Source of the DNA: the human T2T-CHM13v2.0 reference genome, Homo sapiens
Assembly: GCF_009914755.1 (NCBI RefSeq)
Contig: NC_060938.1
Length of the DNA: 64,000 nt
Strand: one strand, 5' to 3'
A program made the position numbers and the translations under genes. The notes beneath the pieces were generated by a model. The model saw only the letters and a program-made list of their open reading frames with translations, ran no database searches and was not told the DNA's origin. Every line of letters starts with the position of its first letter. Position 1 is the stretch's first letter. Of this stretch, positions 45,156-63,654 are shown piece by piece.

Positions 45156-46695
45156 TGAAAACCAAAATTAAAATATGAAGTCCCTCCACCAATGGAATGG
45201 ACCTCTCCTCTCAGCCAAGGCATTCCTAAACTATCCTGATGGGAAGTGGGGTTGGACGTGCCTCATTATACCCTCCTCCACTGGGAATTCAGGCACAGCT
45301 GACCATCTTTTAAAGACATTAAAACAGAGACCTTAAGGCTGACAAAGCAGACTCTTGGCAGCAATAAGATACCAACATGACAGATAGCAGGCCCTAGAAG
45401 AAATCAAAGCATTTTACCCCAAAATATATTTCTTTGACATATTTTGAAATGGCCTTGCAAAGCTGTCTCTTATGGGGAAAACCCTTCCTTTCCAGGAATT
45501 TTCCTGATCCAGTAGAGAATTAATTAAGAGTCTGCCACCTTTTAAAGTCTAATAAGAAACATTTACAATTTAGTCTCTCTGAAGCCTGCAACCTGGAGGC
45601 TTCATCTGCCTAATAAAAACCTTGGTCCTCACAATCCCTTATCTTAACCCAGACTCTTTCTTCCGTTGATTCCAGGTCTTTAGATAAACTCTTTCAACCA
45701 ATTGCCAATCAGGAACTCTTTGAATCCACCTATGGCCTGGAAGTACCCCCTACTGCCCTTGCCACCCCTATCTGCACTTCAAGTTGTCCCCATTTTCTGG
45801 ACAGAATCAATGTAAACCGTACATGCATTGACTGATGACTTATGTCTTCCTAAAACACAAAATCAAGCTGTAGCCTGAGCACCTTGGGCACATATTCTCA
45901 GTTTAACCACCCACTGGGTTCACCTTGCCTGCTGCCTAGACAGAGCCAATTTCTCAAGACAGGGGAATTGCAACAGAGAAAAAGTAATTCATGCAGAGCT
46001 GGCTGTGTGGGAGACCGGAGTTTTACTGTTACTCAAATCAGTCTCCACAAGCATTCAGGGATCAGAGTTTTTAAGGATAACTTGGCGGGTTGGGGGAAGC
46101 CAGTGAGCCAGGAGTGCTGATTGGTTAGGTAGGAGATAAAATCATAGGGAATTGAAGCTGTCCTCTTCATGAGTCAGCTCATGAGTGGGGGCCGCAAGAT
46201 TAGATGAGCCAATTAATCGTTCTGGGTGGTGCCAGCTGATCCATCAAGTGCAGGATCTGCAAAATATCTCAAGCACTGATCTTAGGAGCAGTTTAGGGAA
46301 TGTCAGAATCTTGTAGCCTCCAGCTGCATGACTCTTAAACCATAATTTCTAATCTTGAGGCTAATTTGCTAGTCCTACAAAGGCAATCTAATCCCCAGAC
46401 GAGAAGGAGGTTTGTTTTGGGAAAGGGCTGTTATCGTCCTTGTTTTAAACTATAAACTATAATAACCTCTTCCCAAAGTTAGTTCAGCCTATGCCCAGGA
46501 ACGAACAAGGACAGCTTGGAGGTTGGAAGCAAGATGGAGTTGGTTATGTCAAATTTCTTTCACTATCTCAGTGACAATTTTGCAATGGCAGTTTCATCAG
46601 GCCCTCCTGAGGCTGTGTCATGGGCATGTCCTTAACCTTGGCAAAATATACTTCTAAAATGATTGAGACCTGTCTTACATACTTTTTGGTTTACA
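45156..46695 (+). mobile_element. MER4D/E-type ERV1 LTR interrupted by LTR8
   Basis: tgaaaaccaaaattaaaat...ccttggcaaaata...tttttggtttaca. Confidence 0.75.
45902..46596 (-). mobile_element. LTR8 ERV1 solo LTR
   Basis: gggttcaccttgcctgctgcctagacagagcc...ttttgcaatggcagtttca; TSD TCAG. Confidence 0.82.
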
Positions 46696-47539
46696 GCAAC
46701 AATCTGAAATCCAGTGAGCATGGAGCCCTGTGATCACTCAGGGTTGGAACCTAGAGGCCTGGAACGCAAGCCCTCTGACTATGAGAGCTTTCCACCTCTA
46801 CCCCTGCTCCCTGGCTCTTCCCTGCCTTTAAAACCAGCTTTTTATTCCACTGCTCTCTGCTGGGGGTTAGGGCTGGCACACCTGGGTAATAATGTTTACC
46901 ACTAATTTTGCAAATGGGTTTCCATTAATTAGCCAGCCTGTTGCTGTCAGCTGCCTGGCTGGAATTCTTTCAGCAGCTGGCTTTTTGGCTGTTAAAATGC
47001 CACAGGGACTTGTTGCTTGATGCATTTCCTCAGGGGGTTTGCTCTGTCAAGAAGGCTTTGCCAAAATAGAGAAAGCTAAAACTCCTGTTAACAAATTGCA
47101 CCTAATCTTATCTCCATGTAGGCTTCCCTAGCTGATTTGTCCTGGGAGTTGGGGGAGCTTGTGGGAACACATATGTATGCACTGGAAGGGGGGGTGGGGG
47201 CTGCTGGCATAATGTGGGCAAGTTTGGGCAGAGCCAGGCCCAGGCAGGTTGTGGTAGAGACAGAGGTCAGCTCAGAGGTCAGCTCAGATGGGGCTGTTTG
47301 GCTCTTGTCCCAACACCCATCTGTATCACCCTCCCTCCATGGCCTCAGTTCTATTCTCTTGCATTTCCCCATACACAAGCCACTGGATCAGACTCAGGTC
47401 TCAGGAAACAGGCACAAAACAGACATGGCCCCTGAAATCTCAGCTCGGACAGGGGTTAAGGCAAACACAACCTCCCTAATTAAGTCAATGAATGAAAAGA
47501 CTTTCAGAAAAGAAGGCAGGAACACAACCTGCCGAGAGG

Positions 47540-48555
47540 ATCAGAAAATGCTTTATTGACAGGTGGCATCTGAGTGGGTCTAGAAGGTTGAATGGGAATT
47601 CAATGGCTGCTGGCAGAGTTACAAGTATGAGAAAAAGCAGGGAGGTGGGAATCCCAGGGCATATACGAGAAACATTGATTTCAACCAATTTGGCTGAAAA
47701 ACAGGGAATTAGAAGCAACTACAGAGGTGATAACAAATAATAATAACAGTTCCCTCTGAGAAGTCAATCTGTAAATAAACAAGCTCTAGAAAATGTCTAC
47801 AAGCTCATCAGAGTCCCAGTTTCTTAATGTGATGGGTGATCCAGAAGCTATTAGTAAGCACTCACCAAGGGTGTCCCCAAGGCTGTGACTAAAACACACT
47901 TCCACCCACAGCCCAGCCCCTGGGACTCCCCTCCATACATCCCATTCCATTTCATCCTCATAGCGCCTGAGGAGGTAAGATTATATGCCCACTCTACAGA
48001 TGGGGAAAGTGAGGCCCAGGATTTTGAGGTAGGCAACAACATGTTCAGGGTCTCGTAGTGTGAAGTGCTTAAAAAACAAAACAAAACAAAAAAAAAACGG
48101 TGAATAAAGGAGGCAGATTTTTCCAATGAACTTACAGTCTTTTCAGAGTTTTCTTTAATAATTCAATGCATGTGTTCATTGAGGCGCTGGGGATAATAGG
48201 GTGACCCCAGGCTAGGAGGGGAACTGAAACATGAGCCAATGATTAGAGCAACACAGTGTTGCCATAACCTAGGGAATGGAAGGAGGGATTCCCAATGCTG
48301 CCACGGAGCTCAAGGATGTCTTCCATGGGAGGTGAAGCCTGACTGAAATCTGAAAGAATCTCATCCTGTGCAGAAAGATGGACAGAGCCAGGAATGCAGG
48401 TAGAGGGAACAGCCTGTGCAAAGGCACAGAGACACGAAACACAAATTGACTAGAATATAAGTTCTGTGAGAACAAGAGCTTTGTCTTCATCAATATGTCC
48501 AGGCCCTGACCATAATAGATGCTCTCAATGAATATTGAATACATGAATGAATAAA
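47540..48555. mobile_element. Mixed L2 and MIR fragments
   Basis: caggtagagggaacagcctgtgcaaaggcacagag; ctacagatggggaaagtgaggccca; L2 (TGAA)n tail. Confidence 0.55.
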
Positions 48556-49260
48556 TGTATCAACAACTGAATTTTATTAACTTTCAGGAAGAGTTCAAAC
48601 CGCAAATTGTTTTAATCTTTTCCAACTTGTCCTTTCACCCATGTCTTGAGGAATCCTCCTTTCCACCCCTTAGGCAGATCCCAGCATGTCTGTCCCTTCT
48701 AATATTAAGAATAGTCGCATTTTTGGAAGACTCACTCTATTAAGAAGTTCACTCTAGTCCAAAGCATCCTCCATCCCCAGCTCAGACCCAATTCATGGCT
48801 CAAGACCTCACAGTGGGGAAGGGGCAGAGCCTTTCCTTATTCCTCTCGTCCTCCCACTCTGCTGCTTCTAATGCCCCAGTGTCATGGCATGGGGAGGAGG
48901 GATTTGAGGAAAAGTTGTAGTCTTTCATTGAATCAGCTGTCTGCAATGAGCTACACTCCATTTTGTTTTGTTTGTTTGCTTATTTGTTTGTTTTTCTTTT
49001 TTTTTTTTTTTTGGCCTGGCTTTTTTCTTTTTTATGTATTTGTTTATTTATTATTATTATACTTTAAGTTTTAGGGCACATGTGCACAATGTGCAGGTTA
49101 GTTACATATGTATACATGTGCCATGCTGGTGCGCTGCACCCACTAACTCGTCATCTAGCATTAGGTATATCTCCCAATGCTATCCCTCCCCCCTCCCCCC
49201 ATCCCACAACAGTCCCCAGAGTGTGATGTTCCCCTTCCTGTGTCCATGTGTTCTCATTGT

Positions 49261-53104
<3,844 letters not shown>

Positions 53105-53152
53105 TTATTTTGCTCGTTAGTTGATGCAGTTTCTTCCTAGTCTCGATGGTCT

Positions 53153-54169
53153 TTACATTTTGGCATGATTTTGCAGCGGCTGGTACCGGTTGTTCCTTTC
53201 CATGTTTAGCGCTTCCTTCAGGAGCTCTTTTAGGGCAGGCCTGGTGATGACAAAATCTCTCAGGATTTGCTTGTCTGTAAAGGATTTTATTTCTCCTTCA
53301 CTTATGAAGCTTAGTTTGGCTGGATATGAAATTCTGGGTTGAAAATTCTTTTCTTTAAGAATGTTGAATATTGGCCCCCACTCTCTTCTGGCTTGTAGAG
53401 TTTCTGCCGAGAGATCTGCTGTTAGTCTGATGGGCTTCCCTTTGAGGGTAATCTGACCTTTCTCTCTGGCTGCCCTTAACATTTTTTCCTTCATTTCAAC
53501 TTTGGAGAATCTGACAATTATGTGTCTTGGTGTTGCTCTTCTCGAGGAGTATCTTTGTGGCGTTCTCTGTATTTCCTGAATCTGAATGTTGGCCTGCCTT
53601 GCTAGATTGGGGAAGTTCTCCTGGATAATATCCTGCAGAGTGTTTTCCAACTTGGTTCCATTCTCCCTGTCACTTTCAGGTATACCAATCAGACGTAGAT
53701 TTGGTCTTTTCACATAGTCCCATATTTCTTGGAGGCTTTGCTCATTTCTTTTTATTCTTTTTTCTCTAAACTTCCCTTCTTGCTTCATTTCATTCATTTC
53801 ATCTTCCATCGCTGATACCCTTTCTTCCAGTTGATCACATTGGCTCCTGAGGCTTCTGCATTCTTCACATAGTTCTCGAGCCTTGGTTTTCAGCTCCATC
53901 AGCTCCTTTAAGCACTTCTCTGTATTGGTTATTCTAGTTATACATTCTTCTAAAGTTTTTTAAAAGTTTTCAACTTCTTTGCCTTTGGTTTGAATGTCCT
54001 CCCATAGCTCAGAGTAATTTGATCATCTGAAGCCTTCTTCTCTCAGCTCGTCAAAGTCATTCTCCGTCCAGCTTTGTTCCGTTGCTGATGAGGAACTGCG
54101 TTCCTTTGGAGGAGGAAAGGCGCTCTGCTTTTTAGAGTTTCCAGTTTTTCTGCTCTGTTTTTTCCCCAT
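53153..54169 (-). pseudogene. L1 ORF1 (338-codon frame with nonsense codons 49 and 70)
   Basis: ATG at 54169; CGA>TGA at 54025-54023; GAA>TAA at 53962-53960; the remainder matches ORF1p. Confidence 0.9.
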
Positions 54170-54624
54170 CTTTGTGGTTTTATCTACTTTTGGTCTTTGA
54201 TGATGGTGATGTACAGATGGGTTTTTGGTGTGGTTGTCCTTTCTGTTTGTTAGTTTTCCTTCTAACAGACAGGACCCTCAGCTGCAGGTCTGTTGGAGTA
54301 CCTGGCCGTGTGAGGTGTCATTCTGCCCCTGCTGGGGGGTGCCTCCCAGTTAGGCTGCTCGGGGGTCAGGGGTCAGGGACCCACTTGAGGAGGCAGTCTG
54401 CCTGTTCTCAGATCTCCAGCTGCATGCTGGGAGAACCACTGCTCTCTTCAAAGCTGTCAGACAGGGACATTTAAGTCTGCAGAGGTTACTGCTGTCTTTT
54501 TGTTTGTCTGTGCCCTGTCCCCAGAGGTGGAGCCTACAGAGGCAGGCAGTCCTCCTTGAGCTGTGGTGGGCTCCACCCAGTTCGAGCTTCCCGGCTGCTT
54601 TGTTTACCTAAGCAAGCCTGGGCA

Positions 54625-54717
54625 ATGGTGGGCGCCCCTCCCCCAGCCTCGCTGCCGCCTTGCAGTTTGATCTCAGACTGCTGTGCTAGCAATCAGCGAG
54701 ACTCCGTGGGCGTATGA
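54625..54717 (+). pseudogene. L1 ORF0 truncated to 30 aa, within the antisense promoter region
   Basis: MVGAPPPASLPPCSLISDCCASNQRDSVGV then GGA>TGA at 54715-54717. Confidence 0.8.
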
Positions 54718-55073
54718 CCCTCCGAGCCAGGTGCGGGATATAATCTCCTGGTGCGCCGTTTTTTAAGCCCATCGGAAAAGCGCAGTATTCGGGTGGGAGT
54801 GACCCGATTTTCCAGGTGCCATCTGTCACCACTTTCTTTGACTAGGAAAGGGAACTCCCTGACCCCTTGCGCTTCCCGAGTGAGGCAATGACTCTCCCTG
54901 CTTCGGCTCGCGCATGGTGCGCGCACCCACTGACCTGTGCCCACTGTCTGGCACTCCCTAGTGAGATGAACCCGGTACCTCAGATGGAAATGCAGAAATC
55001 ACCCGTCTTCTGCGTCGCTCACGCTGGGAGTTGTAGACCGGAGCTGTTCCTATTCGGCCATCTTGGCTCCTCC

Positions 55074-55367
55074 TGTTTGTTTGTTTTTCAAGACAGGGTC
55101 TTGCTCTGTTTCTTAGGCCGAAGCATAGTGGCATGATCACAGCTCACTGCAGCACTCCTGGGCTCAGGTGTTCCTCCCACCTCAACCTCCCAAGTAGCTG
55201 GGATTACAGGCATGTGCCACTAACCCCAGCTAATTTTTTGTATATTTTGTAGAGATGGAGTTTCACCACATTGCCCAGGCTGGTCTTGAACTCCTGGGCT
55301 CAAGCAATCTGCCCGTCTTGGACTCCCAAAGTGCTGGGATTACAGGTATAAGCAACCACACCCAGCC
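55074..55367 (-). mobile_element. AluJ whose (TTTG)n tail was the L1 target (rest of the tail at ~48961-48996)
   Basis: Reverse Alu body abuts the L1 5' TSD. Confidence 0.85.
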
Positions 55368-55964
55368 TGCATTACATTTTGGAAGGGCCATTCTTCATTG
55401 TCCTGAACCGTTGCATACATCACGAGATGTCCAGCACCCCTGCTCACTAAATACCAAGAGCATCCTCCCAATCACTGGGACAGCAGAAAACACAAACACC
55501 CCCTCATGCTGACAAATGCTTCCAAGGGAGTGATATCTGACTCTGAGAACAGAGTCACAGCAGAGGTGTTTGCCAAGCTCTCCTGGCTGACCCCACGTGG
55601 TAAAAATGCCAGCTCTTTCTTGAAGCACACTGGGGTTCTAAAGAGGCTCCCTGTGGGGACCTTCACAGGCCCGGCCCCCTGAGTTTGGCCTTGAATTATC
55701 CAGATGACTTATGATCCTCGGTTCCTGCCCAGGGATACAGACCCTCTCCCTGCTGGGGCTCCTTCACACTGGCAGACAGCCTCTTGGTCGGGATCCATCA
55801 AAGGTTTGAGCCAGCTAATTTTCTGTGGCATTCATTTGTCCCAGGAGGAGTCACAGATATGCCGGCTGCCTTGTGGCTGCCCTGTCTTTTCAGCAGCCAC
55901 AGCAAGCTGCCTTCATCATCATCTCTCTGCCAGTGAGGGACAGACATCAATCTCTGTCCTTGTG

Positions 55965-58179
55965 GGTATTGTCTATTCTCATACTGCTAATAAAGACATA
56001 CCTGAGACTGGGTAATTTACAAAGGAAAGAAGTTTAATGGACTCACAGTTCCACATGGCTGGAGAGGCCTCACAATCATGACAGAAGGTGAAGGAGGAGC
56101 AAAGGCATGTCTTACATGGTGGCAGGCAAGACAGCTTGTACAGGGGAACTCCCATTTATAAAACGATCAGATCTCCTGAGACTTGTTCACTACCATGAGA
56201 ACAGTATGGGGGAAACCACGCCCATGATTCAGTTATCTCCATCTGGCCCTGCCCTTGACACATGGGGATTATTACAATTCAAGGTGAGATTTAGGTGGGG
56301 ACACAGAGCCAAACCATATCATTCTGCCTCTGGCCCCTCCCAAATCTCATATCCTCACATTTCAAAACCAATTATGCCTTCCCAAAGGTCCCCCAAAGTC
56401 TTAACTCATTTCAGCATTAACCCAAAAGTCCACAGTCCAAAGTTTCATCTGAGACAAGGCAAGTCCCTGCCACTTATGAGCCTGTAAAATCAAAAGCAAG
56501 TTAGTTACTTCCTAGACAGAATGGGGGTATAGGCATTGGGTAAATACACCCACTCCAAATGGGAAAAATTGGCCAAAAAGAAGGGACTACAGGCCCCATG
56601 CAAATCAGAAATCCAGCAGGGCAGTCAAACTTTAAAGCTCCAAAATGATCTCCTTTGACTCCGTGTCTCACATTCAGGTCACATTGATGCAGGAGGTGGG
56701 TTCCCATGGTCTTGGGCAGCTCCACCTCTGGCTTTGCAGGTTACAGTCCCTCCTGGCTCCTTTCACAGGCTGGCATTAGGTGTTTATGGCTTTTCCAGGC
56801 TCATGGTGCAAGCTGTCAATGGATCTACAGTTCTGGGACCTGGGGGATGGTGGCCCTCTTCTCACAGCTCCAGTAGGCAGTGCCCTAGTGGGGACTCTGT
56901 GTGGGGACTTTGACCCCATAATTCCCTTCCACACTGCCATAGCAGAGGTTCTCCATGAGGGCCCCATCCCTGCAGCAAACTTTTACCTGGACATACAGGT
57001 GTTTCCGTACATCCTCTGAAATCTAGGCGGAGGTTCCCAAACCTCAATTTTTGTCTTCTGTGCACCTGCAGGACCAATGCCACATGGAAGCTGCCAAGGC
57101 TAGGGGCTTGCACTCTCTGAAGCCACAGCCTGAGCTGTACCTTGGCCCCTTTTAGTCACAGCTGGAGCAGCAGGGATGCAGGGCACCAAGTCCCAAAGCT
57201 GTACACAGCAGGAAGACCCTGGACTCAGCCCAGGAAAACATTTTTCCCTCCTAGACCTCCAGGCATATGGAAGGGGCTGCCGTGAAGGTCTCTGACATGC
57301 CCTGGAGACATTTTCCCCATTGTCTTGTCAATTAGAATTTGGCTCCTTGTTACTTATGCAAATTTATGAGGCCAATTTGAATTTCTCCCTAGAAAATGGG
57401 TTTTTCTTTTCTATCACATCATCAGGCTGCAAATTTTTCAAACTTTTATCCTATGCTTAGAAATTTTTCCACCAGATATCCTAAATCATCTCCCTCAAGT
57501 TCAAAGTTCAACAGATCTCTAGGGCAGGGGCAAAATGCCACTAGTCTCTCTGCATAGCAAGAGTGACCTTTACTCCAGTTTCCAACAAGTTCCTTACCTC
57601 CATCTGAGACCACCTCAGCCTGGACCTTATTGTCCATATCACGATCAGCATTTTGGCCAAAGCCATTCAAGAAGTCTCTAGGAAGTTCCAAACTTTCCCA
57701 CATCTTTCTGCCCTCATCTGAGCCCTCCAAACTGTTCCAATCTCAGCCTGTTACCTGGTTCCAGAGTCACTTCCACATTTTTGGGTATCTTTACAGCAGC
57801 ATCTCACTACCTAATACCAATTTACTGTATTAGTCTGTTCTCACACTGCTAATAAAGACATGCCCAAGACTGAGTAGCTTACAAAGGAAAAAGGTTTAAT
57901 GGACTCACAGTTCCACATGGCTGGAGAGGCCTCAATCATGGTGGAAGGCAAAGAAGGAGCAAAGGCATATCTTACATGGTGGCAGGCAAGATAACTTGGG
58001 CAGGGGAACTCCCATTTATAAAACCATCAGATCTCCTAAGACTTATTCACTACCACAAGAACAGTATGAGGGAAACAGCCTCCATGATTCAATTATCTCC
58101 ACCTGCCCCCACTCTTGACACATGGGGATTATTACAATTCAAGGTAAGACTTGGGTGGGGACGCAGCCAAACCATATCA
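55965..58179 (-). mobile_element. Full-length THE1 (C/D-like) provirus: LTR 55965-56321, internal 56322-57825, LTR 57826-58179
   Basis: Two homologous ~355-bp LTRs, THE1-int sequence between them, 5-bp TSD TTGTG. Confidence 0.9.
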
Positions 58180-60108
58180 TTGTGGGTCCCCCAACTCCGC
58201 TCATATATGTTAAGTTCCACCAAAACTTCTCCCTCCCCATGTTGCAATCCGGTGCCCACCCATGCTGAAACTTAGCAAACCTGTAGCCAGAGAACCAGAT
58301 GCCAGACCCCTTTCTTAAAGGAACCCCAGCCTCAAAGATGATTCTCCTTGAGACTCACTCACTTAGCTTGGGACGGAGAAGGGAAAATCCGAACACTACC
58401 TACTTCCATATGTACTCTCCTCTCTACAATATCTAGTCATCTGTCATAGAGGTTGTTATGGCAGCTGGTGGGAGTTGGTAGGACTAAGCCCTGCAGGGTG
58501 CAGGGTATATCTGGCACCTATCTTGGCACATGGAAAAACAGGTTTTGACCCAATTTCTGAAACAGCTGTGAATGTCTCCTTCCATCTCCCCTTAAAAATG
58601 AGTGAATAAACACAATGTGTTTGGGGAACTGTAAGAAGTTTCTTGTACCTAGAAGTCAAGTTGCATATAGAGAAAAGAGTGAATGGGTCAGCTGGAATTC
58701 CAAAATGTGTACACTAAGTGTTTATTATATGCTCAGCTCTGCACTGTGGGCTTCCTATGAATTATCTCGTTTAAAATCTAATTTTACAGAGAAAGAAACT
58801 AAGACTCAAAGAGGTCAACTGACCTAGCCAAAGTCATCCCAGTGAGGTGGTAAAGACCTGGGCTATGAACCAGGATGGTCTGGGGACAGCCTTATTCTGA
58901 AGTCCTGCTCTGATTAAAGTCAGGTTCTAGGAAGATCTATTCCACTTGACTGTAGCTGGGACCACAAACACCCATGGAGAGGCTCAGCCAAAAAACCAGA
59001 GGCTTAGTTACCTGAGTGTCTATTATACCAACAACCATCATTCTCAGCCTGCAGGAAGCAACACTGCCAGTTTAATAATAAATTAATCCCTTATAAAACC
59101 AGTCCCACTAAGCCATTCTTCTCCCCTCTACATCCTCTCCCCACACATGGGGTCAATATCTCTGTCCTAAGTCTCTTGCTGATGTCTGATTGTCAAATGT
59201 TGTCATCAAGATGCAAATCAAATGCAGAGTAAAGCTGAGAATCTTTCCAGTGATGCAGGACTTTGGGAAGCCCATAACAGTTATGTCGGGAACGTCTCCC
59301 ATCACAAGCAAAAGTCTGGCCCAGGGAGGATCTGGTGGAGGCAGGTTAGTTAATGCACCAAGATGAGGACTTCAACAGGGGGTCTGGGAGTAGAGACACC
59401 AAAAGACAGTGATTGGACTGTGAGAATTTAGAAAGGCCATCTAGTATTAAGTTTTTTGCTAAAGTGACCTTTCTGCGTGTGCCGTGACAATCAATTGGGA
59501 GTGAAATATTTAGTATCAAACTCTCATATAAGCTTTTCAGAGTAATTACTCTAAGAGGCCATCTCCAAATAATCAATATCTGATTTATTCTTTCTTCACT
59601 TTTAGAATTCATGCAGAGAGCCATTACCACCTAAAATTTTGTTATGTGTTATTTTCATAATTATTAGTCTTGTTTTTCAAAATTGAGTCCTAGTCATATA
59701 TTTTTTCTCTACTTCCACCTTCTATTTCATTTCAGTCCTTGCTTTAAGAGACTAATAGGATTAGGAAGGAGAGAAAAGACTGAGGTTACAGAGAAGTGAA
59801 AGGGGAAATGGAAAGAAGTTAGGAGACAGTTTGCATAAAGGAGACACAAAAGAGCCACAGCTTTCAAATTTCAACTGTGCCATGACAGAAGCAGTGAAGG
59901 TGGGAATGGTAGCTCATGAGGGGCATTACCAAATTTGGTGGATGTGGCATGACTCTAATGGGTCCGGGGAGGCTTCAGCCATTCCTTTATCCACATATAT
60001 TCACTGAGTGCCTACTGTATGCCAGGAGTGGCACTGGGAACTCAGAAATGAAAAAGACCTTACACCTCATAATCTATTAGGAGAAGGAGATACATAAATA
60101 GGGCATTA

Positions 60109-60410
<302 letters not shown>

Positions 60411-60638
60411 AATCATTACTTTATAATGTGATTAGAAAGGAAGAAAGCTAATAGTCAATGACAAGGGAATTCTGTTGTTATGGGTTGAATTGTGTCCCTC
60501 TCCAAAAGACATATCTTGACCTCAAGTACCTCAGAATGTGGCCTTATTTGGAAACAGGGTCATTATAGATGTAATTAGTTAAAATGAGGTCATATTGAAG
60601 TGGATGGACCCCTACTCCCATATGACTGGTGTCCTTCA

Positions 60639-60864
60639 TTTTTAATTTTTTTTTTTTGAGGCAGAGTCTCACTCTGTTGCCCAGGCTGGAGTGCAGTGGT
60701 GCGATCAGCATGCACCACCACACTCAGCTAATTTTTGTATTTTTAGTAGAGACAGGGTTTCGCCATTTTGACCAGGCCAGTCTCAAACGCCTGGGTTTAA
60801 GCAACCTGGCTGCCTCAGCCTCCCAGAGTGCTGAGATTACAGGCATGAGCCACTGTGCCCAGCC
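60639..60864 (-). mobile_element. Alu with an internal deletion in the right arm
   Basis: ggtgcgatc joined directly to agcatgcaccacc. Confidence 0.87.
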
Positions 60865-60898
60865 AATATGACTGCTGCCCTTTAAAGAAGATAGTTGT

Positions 60899-61284
<386 letters not shown>

Positions 61285-61956
61285 TCACCAAGGAGTGCCA
61301 GCAACAGCAGAAACTAAGAGCAAGGCATAGAACAGATTCTCTCCTGGAGACTTCAAGAGAGAGCATGGCCCTTCCAGAACCTTGATCTTGGACTTCCAGT
61401 CTTTGAAACTGTGAGACAGTATATTCCTGCTGTTTTAAGACACTTAGTTTGTGGTATGTTTTTACAGAAGTCCCCACAAACTAATGCATATGCTGAGTGA
61501 AGAAGAGACAAGAGCTTTCTATTTTTGCACAAAACATAAATAGAATTCAAAGCATACCATTACAAAAAATGGTCAAACCAAAGGAAGACAGCAAGAGAGG
61601 AAGAAAGAACCAAATTATCTACAAAACAACCAGAAAACAAATTATAAAATGGCAATAATAAATTCTTACTTATCAATAATTACTTTGAAATTAAATGGAT
61701 TAAATTCTCTAGTCAAAAGACATAGAGTGGCTAAATTATTTTTAACGCACCAACTATATGCTGCCTACAAGAGACTCACCTCAATTTTTAAGGATACACA
61801 GATTAAAAGTAAAAATATGAAGAAAGATATTCCATGCAAATGGGAACCAAAAGAGAGCAGGGATAGCTCATATTTATGTCAGAAGAAATAAGCAACAAAA
61901 CTATAAAAAAGAGGCAAAGAAGGATATTACATGATGATAAAGTGGTCAGTTTATCA

Positions 61957-62367
<411 letters not shown>

Positions 62368-62735
62368 TCAATACAATAATAGTAAGGGACTTTAATATCT
62401 CACTTTCAACAATCCAGACAGAAAATTAATAAAGGACCTGAAGAAATAGAAAATCTAAACAGATCAATAATGAATATAAAGATTGAATCAGTAATAAAAA
62501 GTCTTCCACCAAAGAAAGACCCAGGACCAGGACCTAGTGCCTTCATGAGTGAATTCTTTCCAATGTTTAAAGAAGAACCAATACCAAGCCTTTGCAAACT
62601 CTTCCAAAAATATCAAAGAAGAAATACTTCCAAACTCATTTTACAAGGCCAACATTACCCTGATGCCAAAGCCAGACAAAGGCATTATAAGAAAAGAAAA
62701 TGATAGGGCGATATATCTGATAAACCAAGATGTGG

Positions 62736-63017
62736 AGGCCAGGTTCACGCCTATAACCCCAGCACTGTGGGATAATTGCTTGAGCCCAGGAGTTCAAAAC
62801 CAGTGTGGGCAACATAGTGAGACCCTGTCACTACAATTTTTTTTTTAATTAGCTGGGCATGGTGGCACATTCCTGTAGTCTCAGCTACTCGGAAGCTGAG
62901 GCAGGAGGATTGCTTGGGCCCAGGACATGGAGACTGAAGTGACCCACGATCACACCCCTGTACTCCAGCCTGGGTGACAGAGTGACTATGTCTCAAAAAA
63001 AAAAAAAAAAAAAAAAA
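62736..63017 (+). mobile_element. AluJ
   Basis: Diverged Alu with A tail. Confidence 0.85.
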
Positions 63018-63133
63018 GATGCCAAAATTCTTCACAAAATACTAGCAAACCAAGTTCAACAGCACATTAAAAGAATCATTTACCATGATCAAGTCGGATT
63101 TATCTCTGGGATGCAAAGATTGTTCAACATATA

Positions 63134-63552
63134 AGATATAGTTTAGATATTTTCCCCTCTCCAAATCTCATGTTGAAATGTAATCCTCAGTGTTGGAGGT
63201 GGGGCCTGATGGGAGGTGTTTGGATTATGGGAACAGATCCCTCATGAATGGTTTGGGCTATCCCCTTGGTGATAAGTGAGCTTTCACTCTGACTTCACAT
63301 GAGATCTGCTCATTTAAAAGCGTATGACACCTCCCCCTTGTCCACTTTCTGTTGCTCTCATTCTCACCGTGTGATGTGCCTGCTTACTCTTTGCCTGCCA
63401 CCGTGATAAGAAGTTTCCTGAGGCCTCCTCAGAAGCAAATGCCACTATGCTTCCTGTAGAGCCTGCAGAACCGTGAGCCAATTAATCCTCTTTTCTTATA
63501 AATTATCTAGTCTTAGGTATTCTTTATAGCAATGCAAAAATGCCCTAATACA
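63134..63552 (+). mobile_element. MSTB solo LTR
   Basis: gatatagtttagat...ccaaatctcatgttgaaatgtaatcc...ctaataca; TSD atat(a/g). Confidence 0.82.
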
Positions 63553-63654
63553 ATATGCAAATCAATAAATGTGATACATCACATTAACAGAATGAGGAAC
63601 AAACGCCATATAATCATCCCATTCGATGCAGGAAGAGCATTTTGGCAAAATTCA

